A DNA stretch of 52,757 nt, taken from NCBI GenBank assembly GCA_000320545.1, contig ADNK01000416.1, forward strand, positions 1-52,757, read 5' to 3'. Each line of letters opens with the position of its first letter. Positions within the stretch are counted from its first letter, which is position 1. The notes under the pieces are model-generated. The model saw only the letters and a program-made list of their open reading frames with translations. It had not been told where the DNA came from and searched no databases. The DNA is from Bigelowiella natans CCMP2755. Its lineage: Eukaryota > Protista > Cercozoa. Of this stretch, positions 12,436 through 25,962 are shown in pieces. Made by a program: the position numbers and the translations under genes.

Positions 12436-13590
12436 TATCCATCTCGTCGCATATTGGAGTGTAGATCATCAGCATGGTGCGGAGCAGGACGCAAAATCAA
12501 AGCTGCGGCATGAAACTCCTAGGACTACTTCAAACTATTAGGATCATCCTCCTCCTCCCGTTCCAAACAAAATAAGGGGAGGGTAGAAATATTTAACACT
12601 ATCGGACAAATGCAAGCGAAAAGACCTTCAACTTCTTGTCCATCGTCACCAGCTGTATACCCCCCAAAAAAATAGAGAAATTGTGAATTGGGCGGGGAAT
12701 TCGAAACAGAGTGAATGCATAAATGCTAAGGCATATTGTTCGGTACTGATTTTTCTTTTCAGAATGAAATAATTTACACCGGTGCTTTCTCTCATCTACG
12801 TTTGCAGTACCGTCACAAGTTGATAAATTACATATATATATATATATATATATATATTATTCTCTTCAGTAGTACACATATCGAGAGCCACCAAGCCGCT
12901 TTCGTCTAGACAACACAAGTAAGTTTATGTGAATACCCATGTGTGCACTATCAAGGCCATTTACCCTTTCAAATATGCAGTAGAAATGAAGCTACAATAA
13001 ATGAATATCTATGCTCCGGGAATGCCCTATTATTCGTGAAATGCTACTGCTACTTCTGCTAACACTATTATCAATTCGAGTCATTTCAGATCTCTTTGTG
13101 GTACCCCGAAGAACTCGCACAACATCGTCACCATCCGCGGAGAAGCTGCGTGCGTAGTTTGCCTGAAGTAGAACCCATGTTAGAGTTTCAAGATTGTTCA
13201 ATACTTTCAAGATTTCCATATAAAATATGAAATAAATGCGATGTCCGTGCTAATTACCTCCTTCACCTCCTTCAACCCTCCCTCTCCTTCCTCCACAACA
13301 GAATCATCCGCCATTGCAGTTGCCATTTCTTTCTCATTCCGAAGCCTCTCTTCGTTCTCAATTGTGAGCCTTTCGACCTTAGCATGAAACGGTACACGAC
13401 GTGAATACTACATCGAAATAGTAGTAGTGGGTATATTGTGAAGAAAAATGCTGATGGCCCTAATTTGTCCCACAAAGCGACTGTTCTGTCGCCTTTTCTC
13501 TTCACAAAAATCATCCGTATTTTCGAGGCAGATCAATTCTCCCATTCTGCTAAGAAACCCTCCTTTCAGAATGAGAATGCTTTCCTAGAA
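12104..13590 (-). CDS. Minus-strand exons of unknown function; either a separate gene or a C-terminal extension of the FKBP gene
   Basis: Exons YSRRVPFHAKVERLTIENEERLRNEKE..EVKE and ANYARSFSADGDDVVRVLRG, and a last exon GYRPEGFAELDAKGGKLTRISKSK..DWVFKNND* (TAG at 12104-12106). Confidence 0.45.
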
Positions 13591-13685
13591 CTAGTAGTAC
13601 ACCACCACCACCACCATCATCATCAATCTTTGCGTTGTGGTTGATATCGGTCACACAACGGCATTCAATCACTCAGATAGAGCCA

Positions 13686-15396
13686 TTATGTGCTGCTGAC
13701 AAAGAAATCTACCAAATTCCGATCCAAATCCCGTTGCGATTCTTTCGAAACCTGAGCGGCATCCCCAAACGCACACACATACAATGGAGATGGTCAAAGA
13801 ACGAATGAGCACAACAACCCCCCCTCCCCTTTCAATCGCTCTTCCACATTTCCTGACCTTCAGAAGCTCTATTTCGAATACCTGTGGGAATGATATTTCA
13901 AACAGTCTTCTCTCAGTACCTGGACGCATAGATTCAAGATTCTATGCGCCACGATGAGCGATTCTATTCTAACGGCACTACTGAGAACACCGTTGATTCT
14001 TATCCTACAACACGGCTGCTTTTGGCCATGTAGCGGGTAGAAACTCATCGGTGTTCGTGATTTTCACTTGGATCTCGGGTATTGACCCTAAGATTCAATG
14101 ATTCTACTCTGGATATGTCGTGTCAGAATTTAACGCTTTCTTTATGGAAACATTCGGAACAGTGCGACTAAAACACCGCAGATGATTTTGGTCTGCATCA
14201 CAGCTGCGCAGATAATTAAAAAAAAAAAAAAAAAATGTAATATCGCATGATGCGTGTGGTGTGGTGTGTTGTGTGTCTTATTTACTACCAAGCTGCAATT
14301 CTTGGGAATCATACCAGGAACACCTTCCTCACCGTATGCCTTTATTTATAGTATAGTGAAACAACCCATCGATATATGATAATTTTAGTTCCACGCGATA
14401 GGCCCATGCAGTACCGTGGCAATGTATAGAAGGCAAAACAAGCAGATATGGGGCGGCGACGATAGCTACTTACCAAGTGTGAGGGAACATTCACTCGCGC
14501 TCTTTCACCCTACCAAAGGACGAATATCAAGGATTTGAAACACACCTTTGTCCGTCCATGTTTTATGTGTAATTAAATATATTAGTGTGTATGAGGGGGG
14601 GGGGGGGTGTATGCACCTCTCTCATTTGCTTCAAAGTCATTTCAATTCCCTTTACAGCTTGGCCTTGCTGTTTGTGAGTTATTTGTAGTAGTTATATGTA
14701 CACCGCTATTTTCACCCCTGTCGTTGGCATCATCGGTGATAACATGAATGCTCTCCACGCATCTTCTTCTATCGTGCTAACATATTTAGCAGAGCTCTGT
14801 ATCCGCACCTCCCAGCAAATTCCGGTGTATTTGCATAAATTCAAGAAATCCTCTACGGCATTGAAACAAGACACCGATCGACCATGTCGCAGGCACAACA
14901 AAAACATCCCAAAAAAGCACGCAGCAGCGAGAAAGTAACTAGCGAAATCTTTAAGATCGGCTATTCCGAAGCTGCCCAATTGTTCTACAATCGGGGGGGT
15001 ATCGAGCAGCACCAACAGACGTTATTTTCATCATAATTCGTTCGAGTTTCATGAGATATGGCTGCATGCTTTGCTGTCGCATATCGTATCTTATCGTATC
15101 TAACCCCCAAAATGATGATGTGGGGCTCTTCCAATCGTCCAGCTAAGTTTGGGTTATCCTGATGATGATGATGAAAGGAGAGGAGGCGAATATTAGAGAT
15201 AATTTCGCTGACCAACAGCGTCCATGAATGCATTGCAATTGCATGATTGTGATCACCTCCTCCCTCGTGCTGATAAACACCATTCCATCGCGGAAATACC
15301 CAGTGTAGTGGAAGTACACCGCCTGTATGTTCATACGCATACACAAGTGTGTGATAAATGTGTATGCGTGGTAAACAGATACATGTGCTTTCTTCT

Positions 15397-15464
<68 letters not shown>

Positions 15465-17129
15465 TAGTGCACACTACAATGGGAACATCGTTTCGAGTGA
15501 TGATGGTGCTGTGGTAATCACTCACACATCATCGTTTTGAATTATCAAGCTGCGTGTCAATGCGTACTACTACTACTACTACTACTACTACTATTTCTTA
15601 CGTTTCCATCCTCTGGAATCTCACCTGTTCTGTGTCACAAACAAACCAACAAACAAGCAGGACGGCCATCAATAACAAAAGATTCGAAACGAATTTTCGA
15701 CTCGATGATACAATCGATACTGCTGCTACTGCTACTATTACCACTACTACTACTACTACTACCACTACTACCACTACTAACTACCCAGGTGCTAAGGTTT
15801 TGATCTGGAGTTCCGTGAAGGGCTGCGGAGCATCCTTAATCTGCATTTCAATATGGCAAAGAAGAACAGAAGTGAAATGAGCTGCTTACACCCTCTACTA
15901 TCGATTAGTGTTACTGCTAGTTGGTATTGAAACAGCATATCACACACCACATCAAATCAAGTGCTCAATGCTTTTAGAAGCAATGCATTTATCTGATGAG
16001 ACAACACACGTTTGCACACGCACACGCACACACACACAACGCGCCCAGCATCCAACCCAACCACCATTCTACAACTACAACTGCAACTACAACAACTACC
16101 ACTACCGTAAGTAACTCGAATGTGAGCTTGGTCCTTTTACCCGCCAATGGATTATTCAGGTCAACAATAGCGCTGGTGCTCCTGATGATGAGGGAACGCA
16201 TATCACCACAAATCCACGAAGTCGAGCAGTTGTTTGCAAGCAGCAGCAATATAATCGTATGTGCTTTTCTCTCTATCGACTTTCTTCCTTTCTTCTATCT
16301 CCAGGCATTCGATTCGGTCGTGTGTGGATGTATGGTATGGTACCGCAATTCCAGGAGTTTGGCGAAGGAGTTTCCAGGTACCTGCGGACGGGGAGTCATT
16401 GATGATGATGATGATGATGATGATGTTGTTGTTTTCACCGAAATTATTCAACAACAGCTCTTCGACAACTCTACTTCTTGTTTTGCTTCATCATGCAAAT
16501 CTTTCAAATAGAATGAATGCCTCAATTCAAAACGGATGCGGGCAGGATGATGGTTCTCCTGCGACACGCTCTCCAGGAACACATCCATCGACGACTCGCT
16601 TGCTCAAACAGCCCGCTCTCGATATATCATTTCTCATCAAATTCGGTTCAAAGTGCATACTACCTCCAGAATGCAGCCTATTCCTACCCCGGGAGGAACT
16701 TGAGCTCGGTCTATCTGTGTTGAGATTCAATCAAGGAAGCTCATCATCACCTCGTTCCATATCATTTAGCGTTGTTCATTTATCCACCCACATCGTCAAT
16801 ATCACCGAATTCTTGTGTTATCACTTTTATATCATCACTCACCTCAACGACAAGGTCGTCCTTGTAAGGACCAAAGGCCTGTTATATTCAAATTATTATC
16901 ATCATATAATGATAACTATTTCTTTACTGCTGCTGCTGCTGCTGCTGCCGGCACTGTTGTTTCCCATACACTCAGAGGTGAGGTTATGATATATGTATCA
17001 TCTCACAAAGATGCTTCTCACCACGCCTTCCTCGTATACTTTTGAACGCCTTTCGCCCGGTTTCATGCCGAGGACACTGATAGGTGAATATGATCACACA
17101 CAACGCACACAAAGCACACACACACACAC

Positions 17130-17174
<45 letters not shown>

Positions 17175-17869
17175 ACTATATATTGACTATATATTTACTA
17201 TATATTGTGTATAAACATATATGAGTACATTATTGTGTGTATGTATCTATGTGTACAGAGAATGAAATGCATGTACCTCAATTTATTTTTGAATTGATAC
17301 ATGGGAGAGCCAATTCGAGAAATCATGATGAATGTATGTGTTTCAGCACCCACGTAAAGATTACATATAGCGCTAGGGATTACACATTTTGCTTCTTAAA
17401 CAAAATACGTGTATTTTAAAGAGACGACGTAGTATTCATTCGTTAGGGTCTGCATAAGCAACCATCCTTACATGTTTTCCATGATAGGAATGAGTCTGTT
17501 CTCCCCCAAAATCACATCCATCGGCTCCGCTGAAAGTTTCACACGCGAGCAAGCAACAGAGCCAGAAGTAGGACAAATAGCAATGATACGTGGAATGAAA
17601 AGGGTAATGAAGAAACCCAACCGGCATCATAGAAGAAGTGATGACGGTAAATACATCGCCACTCCCATCACCACATGTATGGAAATAAGTGGGCAACTAC
17701 TACTACTACTGCTGCTGCTGCTGCTACTGCTACCCCTCCCACTCCTACCAATTTCCCAGGTATTCATAAACTTTTCGCCTGTCTCGTCGTTTTCCACGCT
17801 GAAATGAATCTGATTGGTGTAAAGGAGGAGGCTCTCAAGTCTGCCCTTTTCTGTTGTGTGTGTGTGCGC

Positions 17870-17917
<48 letters not shown>

Positions 17918-18392
17918 CGCTTTGTGTGTATACTCCCCTACATTGTCTTTGGTACTACCTGAACGAGGTCTCCTTTCTTTGCGCTAAGCAGCTCTTCTTT
18001 CTCTCCTCCAAACACCTTCATCACATCGCCTCTCCTACACGGAAAAAATAATGAATGATCTGCGCAGTAGGCAGTGGGGTGGGAAGCCGCGTCCTCACCG
18101 CGACACATGATGCCGAGTACTAGCCCAGTTCGTATGCACGTGAAACGCCCTCCCCCCGCTGCGAACGACTCCCTTGGCGCTGTGAGAGGAGAAAAACACG
18201 AGTATGTCACAGCTGGAAAGAAATTCGTAGTAGGGAAGGAGCCCGCCATCGAGACAACCTTCTCACGAGAGTGTTGCGCAACGGCATCCTGCTGGCGCTT
18301 CTCTGTTGCGATCTTCGCTGCCCGCCGAGAATGGAGAAGAAAATGCAAAGAGTCGAGGCGAGGGTGATGAGCACCCACAGGGGCTGAGCCAT
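13686..18392 (-). CDS. Putative plastid-targeted double FKBP-type peptidyl-prolyl isomerase: SlyD-like FKBP with insert-in-flap domain, followed by an FKBP12-like domain (>15 small exons)
   Basis: Spliced by hand. Leader MAQPLWVLITLASTLCIFFSILGGQRRSQQRSASR.. Domain 1: AKKGDLVQ|IHFSVENDETGEKFMNTWEI|AEPMDVILGENRLIP..|VLGMKPGERRSK..|AFGPYKDDLVVE|IDRAQVPPGVGIGCILE|VPGNSFAKLLELR|STSAIVDLNNPLAGK. Domain 2: PG|TGEIPEDGN|AVYFHYTGYFRDGMVFISTREE|..ILG|QGQAVKGIEMTLKQMRE|GERARVNVPSHL|AYGEEGVPGMIPKNCSL|VFEIELLK. Confidence 0.85.
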
Positions 18393-19014
18393 GATTCCCG
18401 TGCAGATGCGTCTACTCATCTGTATACGGAGGTTAGCTGTTCTCTCCTTTATCTATCTCCTCTCTCCCCCCCTGTTTACAGGAATGTGTAGCAGTTCCGA
18501 TGATCCGATCCGCAGAGCAGCAACAGCGGGATTTACCGCCTGTTTTCAGCTGGCTATAAAATATGGGTAAATCCCCTATTATTTCACACTGCGACAAGGA
18601 TTCATAACAAAATATTACGGAAATCCCTCTCAACATCGCATCCGATGCTCCTCAGCCCTTACCCGCTCTCCTGACGAGCGGTGAAAAGCGAGTAAATTGG
18701 CCTGCATTTTGGCCAGTTTTTATCCGTCAGTGACCGCAGGATGGCGCTACTGAGGGCGAAACGGCAAAAGATGAACTTTGGTGAGATTATTCTCGTGGAG
18801 CCTAGATCGATCAACCCAGCGGCTAACCCCCTCCCTGCTGTGTTGCGTGCTGCTGTGTTGCGTGCTGCTGGCAGACTACAAAGATTGTTTAACCCCCTCC
18901 CTCCTGCTCCAAAAAATTCACTATCGAGGCCCTTCTGCGTGAGGGTTGAGTAGCTGCGACTTGGCCGAAGTTTCCCTTGTTCCCTTTCATTTCTTCAATC
19001 CACCGACCGCAACC

Positions 19015-19423
19015 ATGTCAAAGGTGCATACTCACACACACCGCCCCCTCTCTGTTACTCAGTGCTGCTGTGGCTCAATCTCCTCCGCCCTATTGTTTGT
19101 TCCATATGTAGAATGATAGGCCCCAGCACGGAAAGGCAATGTACGACTTCACACCCGAAAAGGTCGGGCCTGCCCGAGAGAGGGAGGGTAGCCGAGCGAG
19201 AGTATCGTATTCATCCTTTTTTCCTGGTTGAATTAGGGGGGGAGCTCTGCTAAGATTCCATTGAAAAAAGGCGATATTCTGAAGATAACCTCCTGCGGGG
19301 AAGCTGAGGTAATATCATCCTTGAGAGTGAGTGCAATTAATTGTGTAAACGACAGCAGTCGAACTTGCCCGACAGCGCCACGGAACGATAATCCCTTCAA
19401 GTGGTCGCGTCGTCAAGGATGAT

Positions 19424-19460
<37 letters not shown>

Positions 19461-19900
19461 GTGTGCGGTTGCTGCTGTTGCAGGGATGGTGGTGGGGAAC
19501 CGTGATAGAAACTGCGAGTGGGGATCCCCCGACCAACGCTGAAGGCTTCTTCCCGGCCAAATTTGTCAAACTCGTAGAAGAAAAGGTGAAATTTGAACGT
19601 GGAGATACGGTGAAGATCACGGGACTGGAGCGAAAATTTCCCAAATTTGATGGACAGATCGGAACCATCAAAAAACTGGTCTGATCTATACTCGAATTGA
19701 TAGATAAATAAACAAAAACAATGTCCTCACACGTGTTCCATTCCACCACTCTTTTTAGCAAAACGGCCTTTTCGCTGTTAAGTTGAAGGAACTCGACAAT
19801 ATCACTGTGAGGGTCAGGGCCTGCAATCTCATCAAATATGGTTACGCTTACCCTTTAGTAGAAATGATGAATTCCAGAATAGCTTTCACGCGCGCGCTCG

Positions 19901-19942
<42 letters not shown>

Positions 19943-20285
19943 AGACAGAGAGATGGAGAGAGAGAAGGAATACTAAATTAAGAATGATACAATTTTCCCC
20001 ACTCTGGCCTCTTGCTGCCCTCCCATGAGGCTGCTATATATCGATGTATCATACGTGAGATTCTCACATCAAGTTGTACCCAGTAGAGCAATCACCTGAG
20101 GAAGAGAGCAGCGCTGCAGGAGAAGCAAATAGTTCGGTACTAGAAGACGAAGGGAAGATGTTCAACGAGACGACTACATCTATTTCCGCTGCTGTTGATG
20201 AGGCAGCTAAGCACCAACAGATGGTGCCTGTAGGCAATGCTAGGATTGGCGGAAAGCAGCAACTCGGAGTCGTCTCGGTAATAAC

Positions 20286-20331
<46 letters not shown>

Positions 20332-20976
20332 GCAGTGGTGAATAATACATCTCTCTTGGGAGGGGGGACACAGGAGAGGACTGTGACGACGACAAGTACT
20401 GAATTCCGCCCCGGTCATAATCACAACGATATTATCATCATTATCAGAATTACACGGAGCGAGTGGCGAGCCTGGAGAGCGAAAACCGCACATTGCGTTT
20501 GAGACTGAAACAGCTGGAACAGCAGATGGCAGATCAGAAAAACGATGCGAACAACAACGATGCTAGTTTCAACGATATTGTAGAGGGAGATGCCGTTGAC
20601 GTTGGGTCAGATTTTCCATAATTTTGATTTAAAAAAAAAAAGATGATGCGTTCATATTTTTGATGAGAAGATGATAGCTTCTAATTCACCAAGCCCATGA
20701 TGATACGCGACAACAGCCACCCTTTCTCCCGACCTAATTTCACAAAAGCATAAGAATCCACCTGCTGTATTTTTGCATACTCAAAATGCGAATATGCTTC
20801 TTCTTCCAGGACGGGATGGGAGCAAGGAATTATAGAGGAGATGAGCAAATTTATGCGCCGCACAGCTATGAAGACTGATGCCTCAAACCTCATTACTAAA
20901 TGCTTCATTCCTCTGAGCGGAACGTTCAAAATCGATGAAGAGGTAGCTAGGCTTCCTGGCAAATCTTAAGAAATAA

Positions 20977-21011
<35 letters not shown>

Positions 21012-21068
21012 ACATACACACATAAAAGTTCAATATATAATTAATATGTATATTAATCTATGTTCATA

Positions 21069-21121
<53 letters not shown>

Positions 21122-22530
21122 GTGTGTGTGTGTGTGCGCGCGCGCGCGAACAAATTATGTCAGAACAAGTTCTTGCGGTCACTTATAAAAAACGATGACG
21201 ACCAGGAAAACGTGTTTGATCCTGAGATTTTCGAGGTATATAATGCTGTACGAATAAAGGAGAAAACACAAAAACTATCTGCCCCTCTCCTCCTCCTTCC
21301 CTTAATATATTTAAATCGAATCCTTTTGTGGGGGGGGGGAATTCGTCATTTATACACTATAGATCAAGGTAAGCGAGCTGAGGAGTCACATTGGCAAAGC
21401 GTCTTCTTCCTTAAGCGTAGATGAGGGTATTCATGTTCAATCCAAACAAAGAGCTGAATTCCACATCCTCTGAAATACTTGAGCCATCATCATTATCAGC
21501 ATCATCGTCATCATCATCATCATCATCAACAACAACAACAACATTATCATCATCGCCATCGTAGTTATCATCGTCGTCGCAGCCATCGTCGTTTTTCTTC
21601 ACCTTTGTAATCATCAATATTTCTTTACTTATGTAATGATCAACGGACAGTGCGTTCTTGGGTAGAGAATAACCGTGCGGGGGTGTCAGGATGCTGCAAG
21701 GAGTTGTGGAACAGCCTCATGGATAAGGTCAATATCCTGTGTTTCTTTCTTGTTGGTGTGTCCGCCAATAGAGAGCGTCGTATGAAGGGACCTTCCAACA
21801 CAAGCCTAGAAGAGTGGCCTCCTGAGAGTTAGTTATCACGCCAACGACGCCGTGCTGTTTTGTGTGTGTATCTTGGAACGAATTGCTCAGATGCTGCAGA
21901 GTGATGCGGAACATATGGGAAAGCTGCTCTCCGACACTCCTCTGGACGAAGATAGTCGAATCGCCGCTATATTCCAGGAATGCATCGTACAGCCCCTGAG
22001 GCCTTTATTCAAGTCCAACACAGGTTTCACGCTGAGAGGCGCGGCTCTTTTCTACTTCACCATTGCACTACGTATTGAGAGTGCGTGCATTTCCTTAATG
22101 GTGAGACGTTGTGTGCTTTGTGTTGTTTGTGTTCCTGCAGAGGAGCGGCTGGAGGTCCAGTCGAAGCTCGTCCAAGAATGTCTCCGCAAGATTAGCTCGT
22201 GCAACAAACAGGCTAGTCATTCGATTACCAGCAAACCGCAAATACCATTGCACTCTTCCAATAAAAACCTCTGAGAACATCAATGATTTTAGATCCTAGA
22301 TGTTTCCATTCGTATCCCTCTCATTACCATGATTCCTCACGCGGCCAACATCCTACTAATCTAGTTTTTCCTTCTTTGCTTTTTCTTCTTTTTCTTCTTC
22401 TTCTTCTTCTTCTACTACTACTACTACAACTACTTCTGTGTCGCTATCGTCGCCGTCAAAATGCAGGCTGCGGAGGAAAGAGTGAAGAAATCAGCTAAGG
22501 CTTTTATCAGAGTAATCATTCTCTATCACC

Positions 22531-22562
<32 letters not shown>

Positions 22563-22784
22563 GTGTGTGTACGTGTGTGTATATGTTGATCTCGGTGTCA
22601 TCGCACATCCGTAGGCAAAGTCACTCGATTCAGAAGCGCAGAGTGAACGTATGCAACTTCTAAAGCATGTGCAACGATACCGAGACATTATAGCAAGCTC
22701 AGTGGAATTCAAGATTTCCGGGGGTCAGTTGTGTTAATATATGGTGTGCACGCCGTCTCTCGTACACGTATTCTTTCTTATCTT

Positions 22785-22881
<97 letters not shown>

Positions 22882-23208
22882 ATATGTGTGTGTGTGTGTG
22901 TGTGTGTGTACTCATATAGATATATAATATGACAGATAGATCTTCCCGTTTGTTATGTGTGTACTAACGAATAGACATTGAGCAAAGAGGAAAGAGATTT
23001 GTAAGCGAAATTGAGAAGCTTTCAGATGCATTCGTGGCGAAGAAGGAACGTTGTGACAAGGTCGTTTCGAAAAATCAAGGATGATTAAACTCAAACGAAT
23101 TTGGAGCAGAACTATCCTTTCCTAGCTGAAATACTGAACACAAACAACATCATTAGGGCTGAAATACTGAACACAAACAACATCATTATTGCTATTCATA
23201 TTACACAA

Positions 23209-23273
<65 letters not shown>

Positions 23274-23292
23274 ACACACAGAGCACATATGT

Positions 23293-23340
<48 letters not shown>

Positions 23341-23807
23341 GAGTTTATGTCGATTAATATTATGTGTGTGTGTGTGTGTGTGGGTGGGTGTGTGTGTGTG
23401 TGGGTGTGCAGGATCTTAAGACAATATACGCACTTAACGAAGAGGTAGAAGAGAGGGAAGACACTAGGAACGCCATCAACCAAAAGCATCTTTCAGCCTT
23501 CGAGAACTTCCTCAAAGAGGTACTGCTCATTGTTTCCGACAATTTGAAAGAATAGTCGCACATGCCATTCAAGAATCTCGCCGATGCCCTGTAGATTATA
23601 CGGGTGAAAGATGAGAAATACGACTTCATTTCCTCCTCAGGACAAAAAGGAGCGCATGAACAATCTAAAGCTGATTGAGGATGCATTGGCGAAGGAAAAG
23701 ACACGGCAAGTTAGATTCGTCGATACTCTCTTCTCTGAGGTCATATATCATACTGACAACGACGAATGTTTAGTATTTTTAAATATAAGTTGAGTAGTCT
23801 CTGTATG

Positions 23808-23838
<31 letters not shown>

Positions 23839-25250
23839 TCGGAATGATAGCTGGTCAGGCTTCGAGAAGACACGTTTCGTAGCAGGACAATAGCGTCCTT
23901 GAAAGGCGACATCAAAGTGCATCGAGGTCTCATTCAAAGGTTGTTCCGGCATTGTACTCAAAGAACTAGAAATAATAATGATTCGTTTGTGTTTAGTTAC
24001 TATGAAAGGCAGAGCAAAGTGCATTCTTTGGTGCTTGTCAATCTATGTACTCATCACGTGTGTGTTATTTCCATCGGTGGTGATGATGATGATGATCACG
24101 CTATTTCACGTCTGGCCTGACCCCTGGAACGCGCAGCCGAAAGATGCACCTCACTCAAGGGCAGAGCTTCATGAAAGCATCGAGGGACTTGTTGGGCAAT
24201 TTCACCACAAAGGCTTTGGAAATTCTCCGGGCACAGCAGCAGCACATCAACAGCAAAAAGGTAGGAAGAGAAACGAATGCGTACGCGCCGCTGTGCTCTA
24301 GTATACTCCTAATTGGCGTTTTATTCCTACCACCCACACAATTTGTTATCATCGTAGACAATGCTAGAAGCACTCGCCAGCAAGGAGTACTCGGGGCTTA
24401 AATCCAGTGTTCACACCCAAGAGAGCAAGCTGAGGGAGAACATCTCCAAGATAAAGGTATTAAATGAAATGTACAACATAAAAAATAACTGTTCTAGTCC
24501 CCGCCTTCCTCTCCCCCTTTCCGCTCACCTTCAACTGGACAACTATCAGTTACGTCTAAAGAAGAAAGAAAAAGAGCTGGAAGAGGCGATGGAGGCTGAA
24601 GATGTTGATGACATAGAGGAGTGTGAGTCAATGATCGAGAAGTAAGGCGCCGTTCGGAGTGTCTAGATGTGTATTTCATGGAGCGTTAATGAATATTGGG
24701 AGATTAGATATCTTACATGGGTGAGAGGCGATGTACAACTTTAGTTTTTTTTTTCCACAAATCTAAGAGCTCGCACCGAAAATATCCCTGGTTCTTATCC
24801 TGCATCATCTCTACAGGAAGGACAACATATTTTGTGCTGTCAGTTCCGTTTGCCTCTGCGTAGTATCGTCACGCACACGTGCTATAGCAAAATGATGATG
24901 CCCTGGAAACTTCAGGTATAAGGCAAGGCGAGACAAGATGGGAGTGGATCTTGAACAGATCACCAAGATGAAGAAGGAGATCGAGGCGAATGAACTCAAG
25001 TTGTGAATCGTTCCCCACGCAATGATGATGCTGTTTCGCCTGACCAATCGTGCACGCGGTGAAGCTCAGTTTGAAGGTGTATGGCCCTGTGCGAAGGGGA
25101 CCGAGAGACAATAGTACCATTTAACATGCGGTGCTCCCCGTGATGTTCTGACGAAAGCTCTTAGTTCTTGCCTGGCCAACTGCCTCCTGTGTATAACTGA
25201 GCCACCGATTCGATGTTTTTCATGGGGGATCATAATCAATCCAATGGAAT
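19015..25250 (+). CDS. Large multi-exon SH3-domain protein with a KOW-like motif, a possible RGS-like region and a long coiled coil
   Basis: SH3 spliced as AMYDFTPEK|IPLKKGDILKITSCGEAE|GWWWGTV..EGFFPAKFVKLV, then FERGDTVKITGLERKFPKFDGQIGTIKKL. Later exons are heptad-rich (LDNYQLRLKKKEKELEEAMEAE). 3' end approximate. Confidence 0.75.
22788..22909. repeat. Compound microsatellite (CT)n-(CA)n-(GA)n-(GT)n in an intron
   Basis: CT run ~22788-22822, CA ~22824-22843, GA ~22844-22880, GT ~22886-22909. Confidence 0.95.
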
Positions 25251-25299
25251 TTCGTCCCGCCTGTCTTTACCAATAATTTGACATTTTCTGCAATCAGCT

Positions 25300-25960
25300 A
25301 TTGCGTTTTCCACGCGATGTTGTCCACCTGCCTGTCGTCTATGACATCATGCGATGAGGCACTGCTTACTACCTCACTCTGTGCAGCCATGTGCGCGTCC
25401 ACGACGTTCACAGGGTTCATGCAGAGCAGCTTAGGGACAATGGTCGATGTACGCATGACATATCTAGACATGTATGTCGCAGCTAAGTGTAAGTTCGCAT
25501 GAGTTATTAGATGACGTCATCATTGTGCATTGGTTGCAGTCACAATCTAGCAATGGCAATATCTAGATAATCGCACACGCTAGAACATTGGATTGGCGCG
25601 CAATTTGCGCAATATTGCATTACTATTTGTGCGTTTGCTGCAATCCATCATTGCATAGTTCATGCACACACTAGCACAACTATGCACGTGCACTACTAGC
25701 TAGACAAATGGCAGCGGCGGCGCCTGATGTGTGTGAATGTACTCGCATCGATCAATGCGCAGCAATAACAACCACCGCCACCACTAGACGTACGATACCA
25801 ACATAGAACAAATATGCAGTGCCATACATAAATCCGATCGCTTCATCTGCAATAACAGAGCTTCGCAGTCTAGCAGTGCGAGCGCACAACATATAGGCTT
25901 ATCTAGCTTATGTGCATTCGACTTGTGCGCATATCTTTAGTCAACGACTCATAGACGGTC
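25300..25960. other. CTAG/TGCA/CATG-rich intergenic island D (convergent gap)
   Basis: About 10 CTAG by manual count (e.g. ATCTAGACATG, ACTAGCTAGAC). Lies between the SH3 gene (+) and a - gene ending near 25963-26133. Confidence 0.8.
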
Positions 25961-25962
25961 AT

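Noticed and set aside
15460-15500. Plus-strand VSAHYNG resembling the FKBP VxVHYxG motif
   Set aside because: Wrong strand and embedded in an intron; the real motif (VYFHYTG) is on the minus strand at ~15270-15330.
16261-16989. 242-aa plus-strand ORF
   Set aside because: Antisense to phase-consistent FKBP exons and partly built from a GAT repeat.
23125-23188. 31-bp direct repeat with 33-bp period (GCTGAAATACTGAACACAAACAACATCATTA x2)
   Set aside because: Only two copies, apparently intronic; an ordinary tandem duplication, not a CRISPR-like array.
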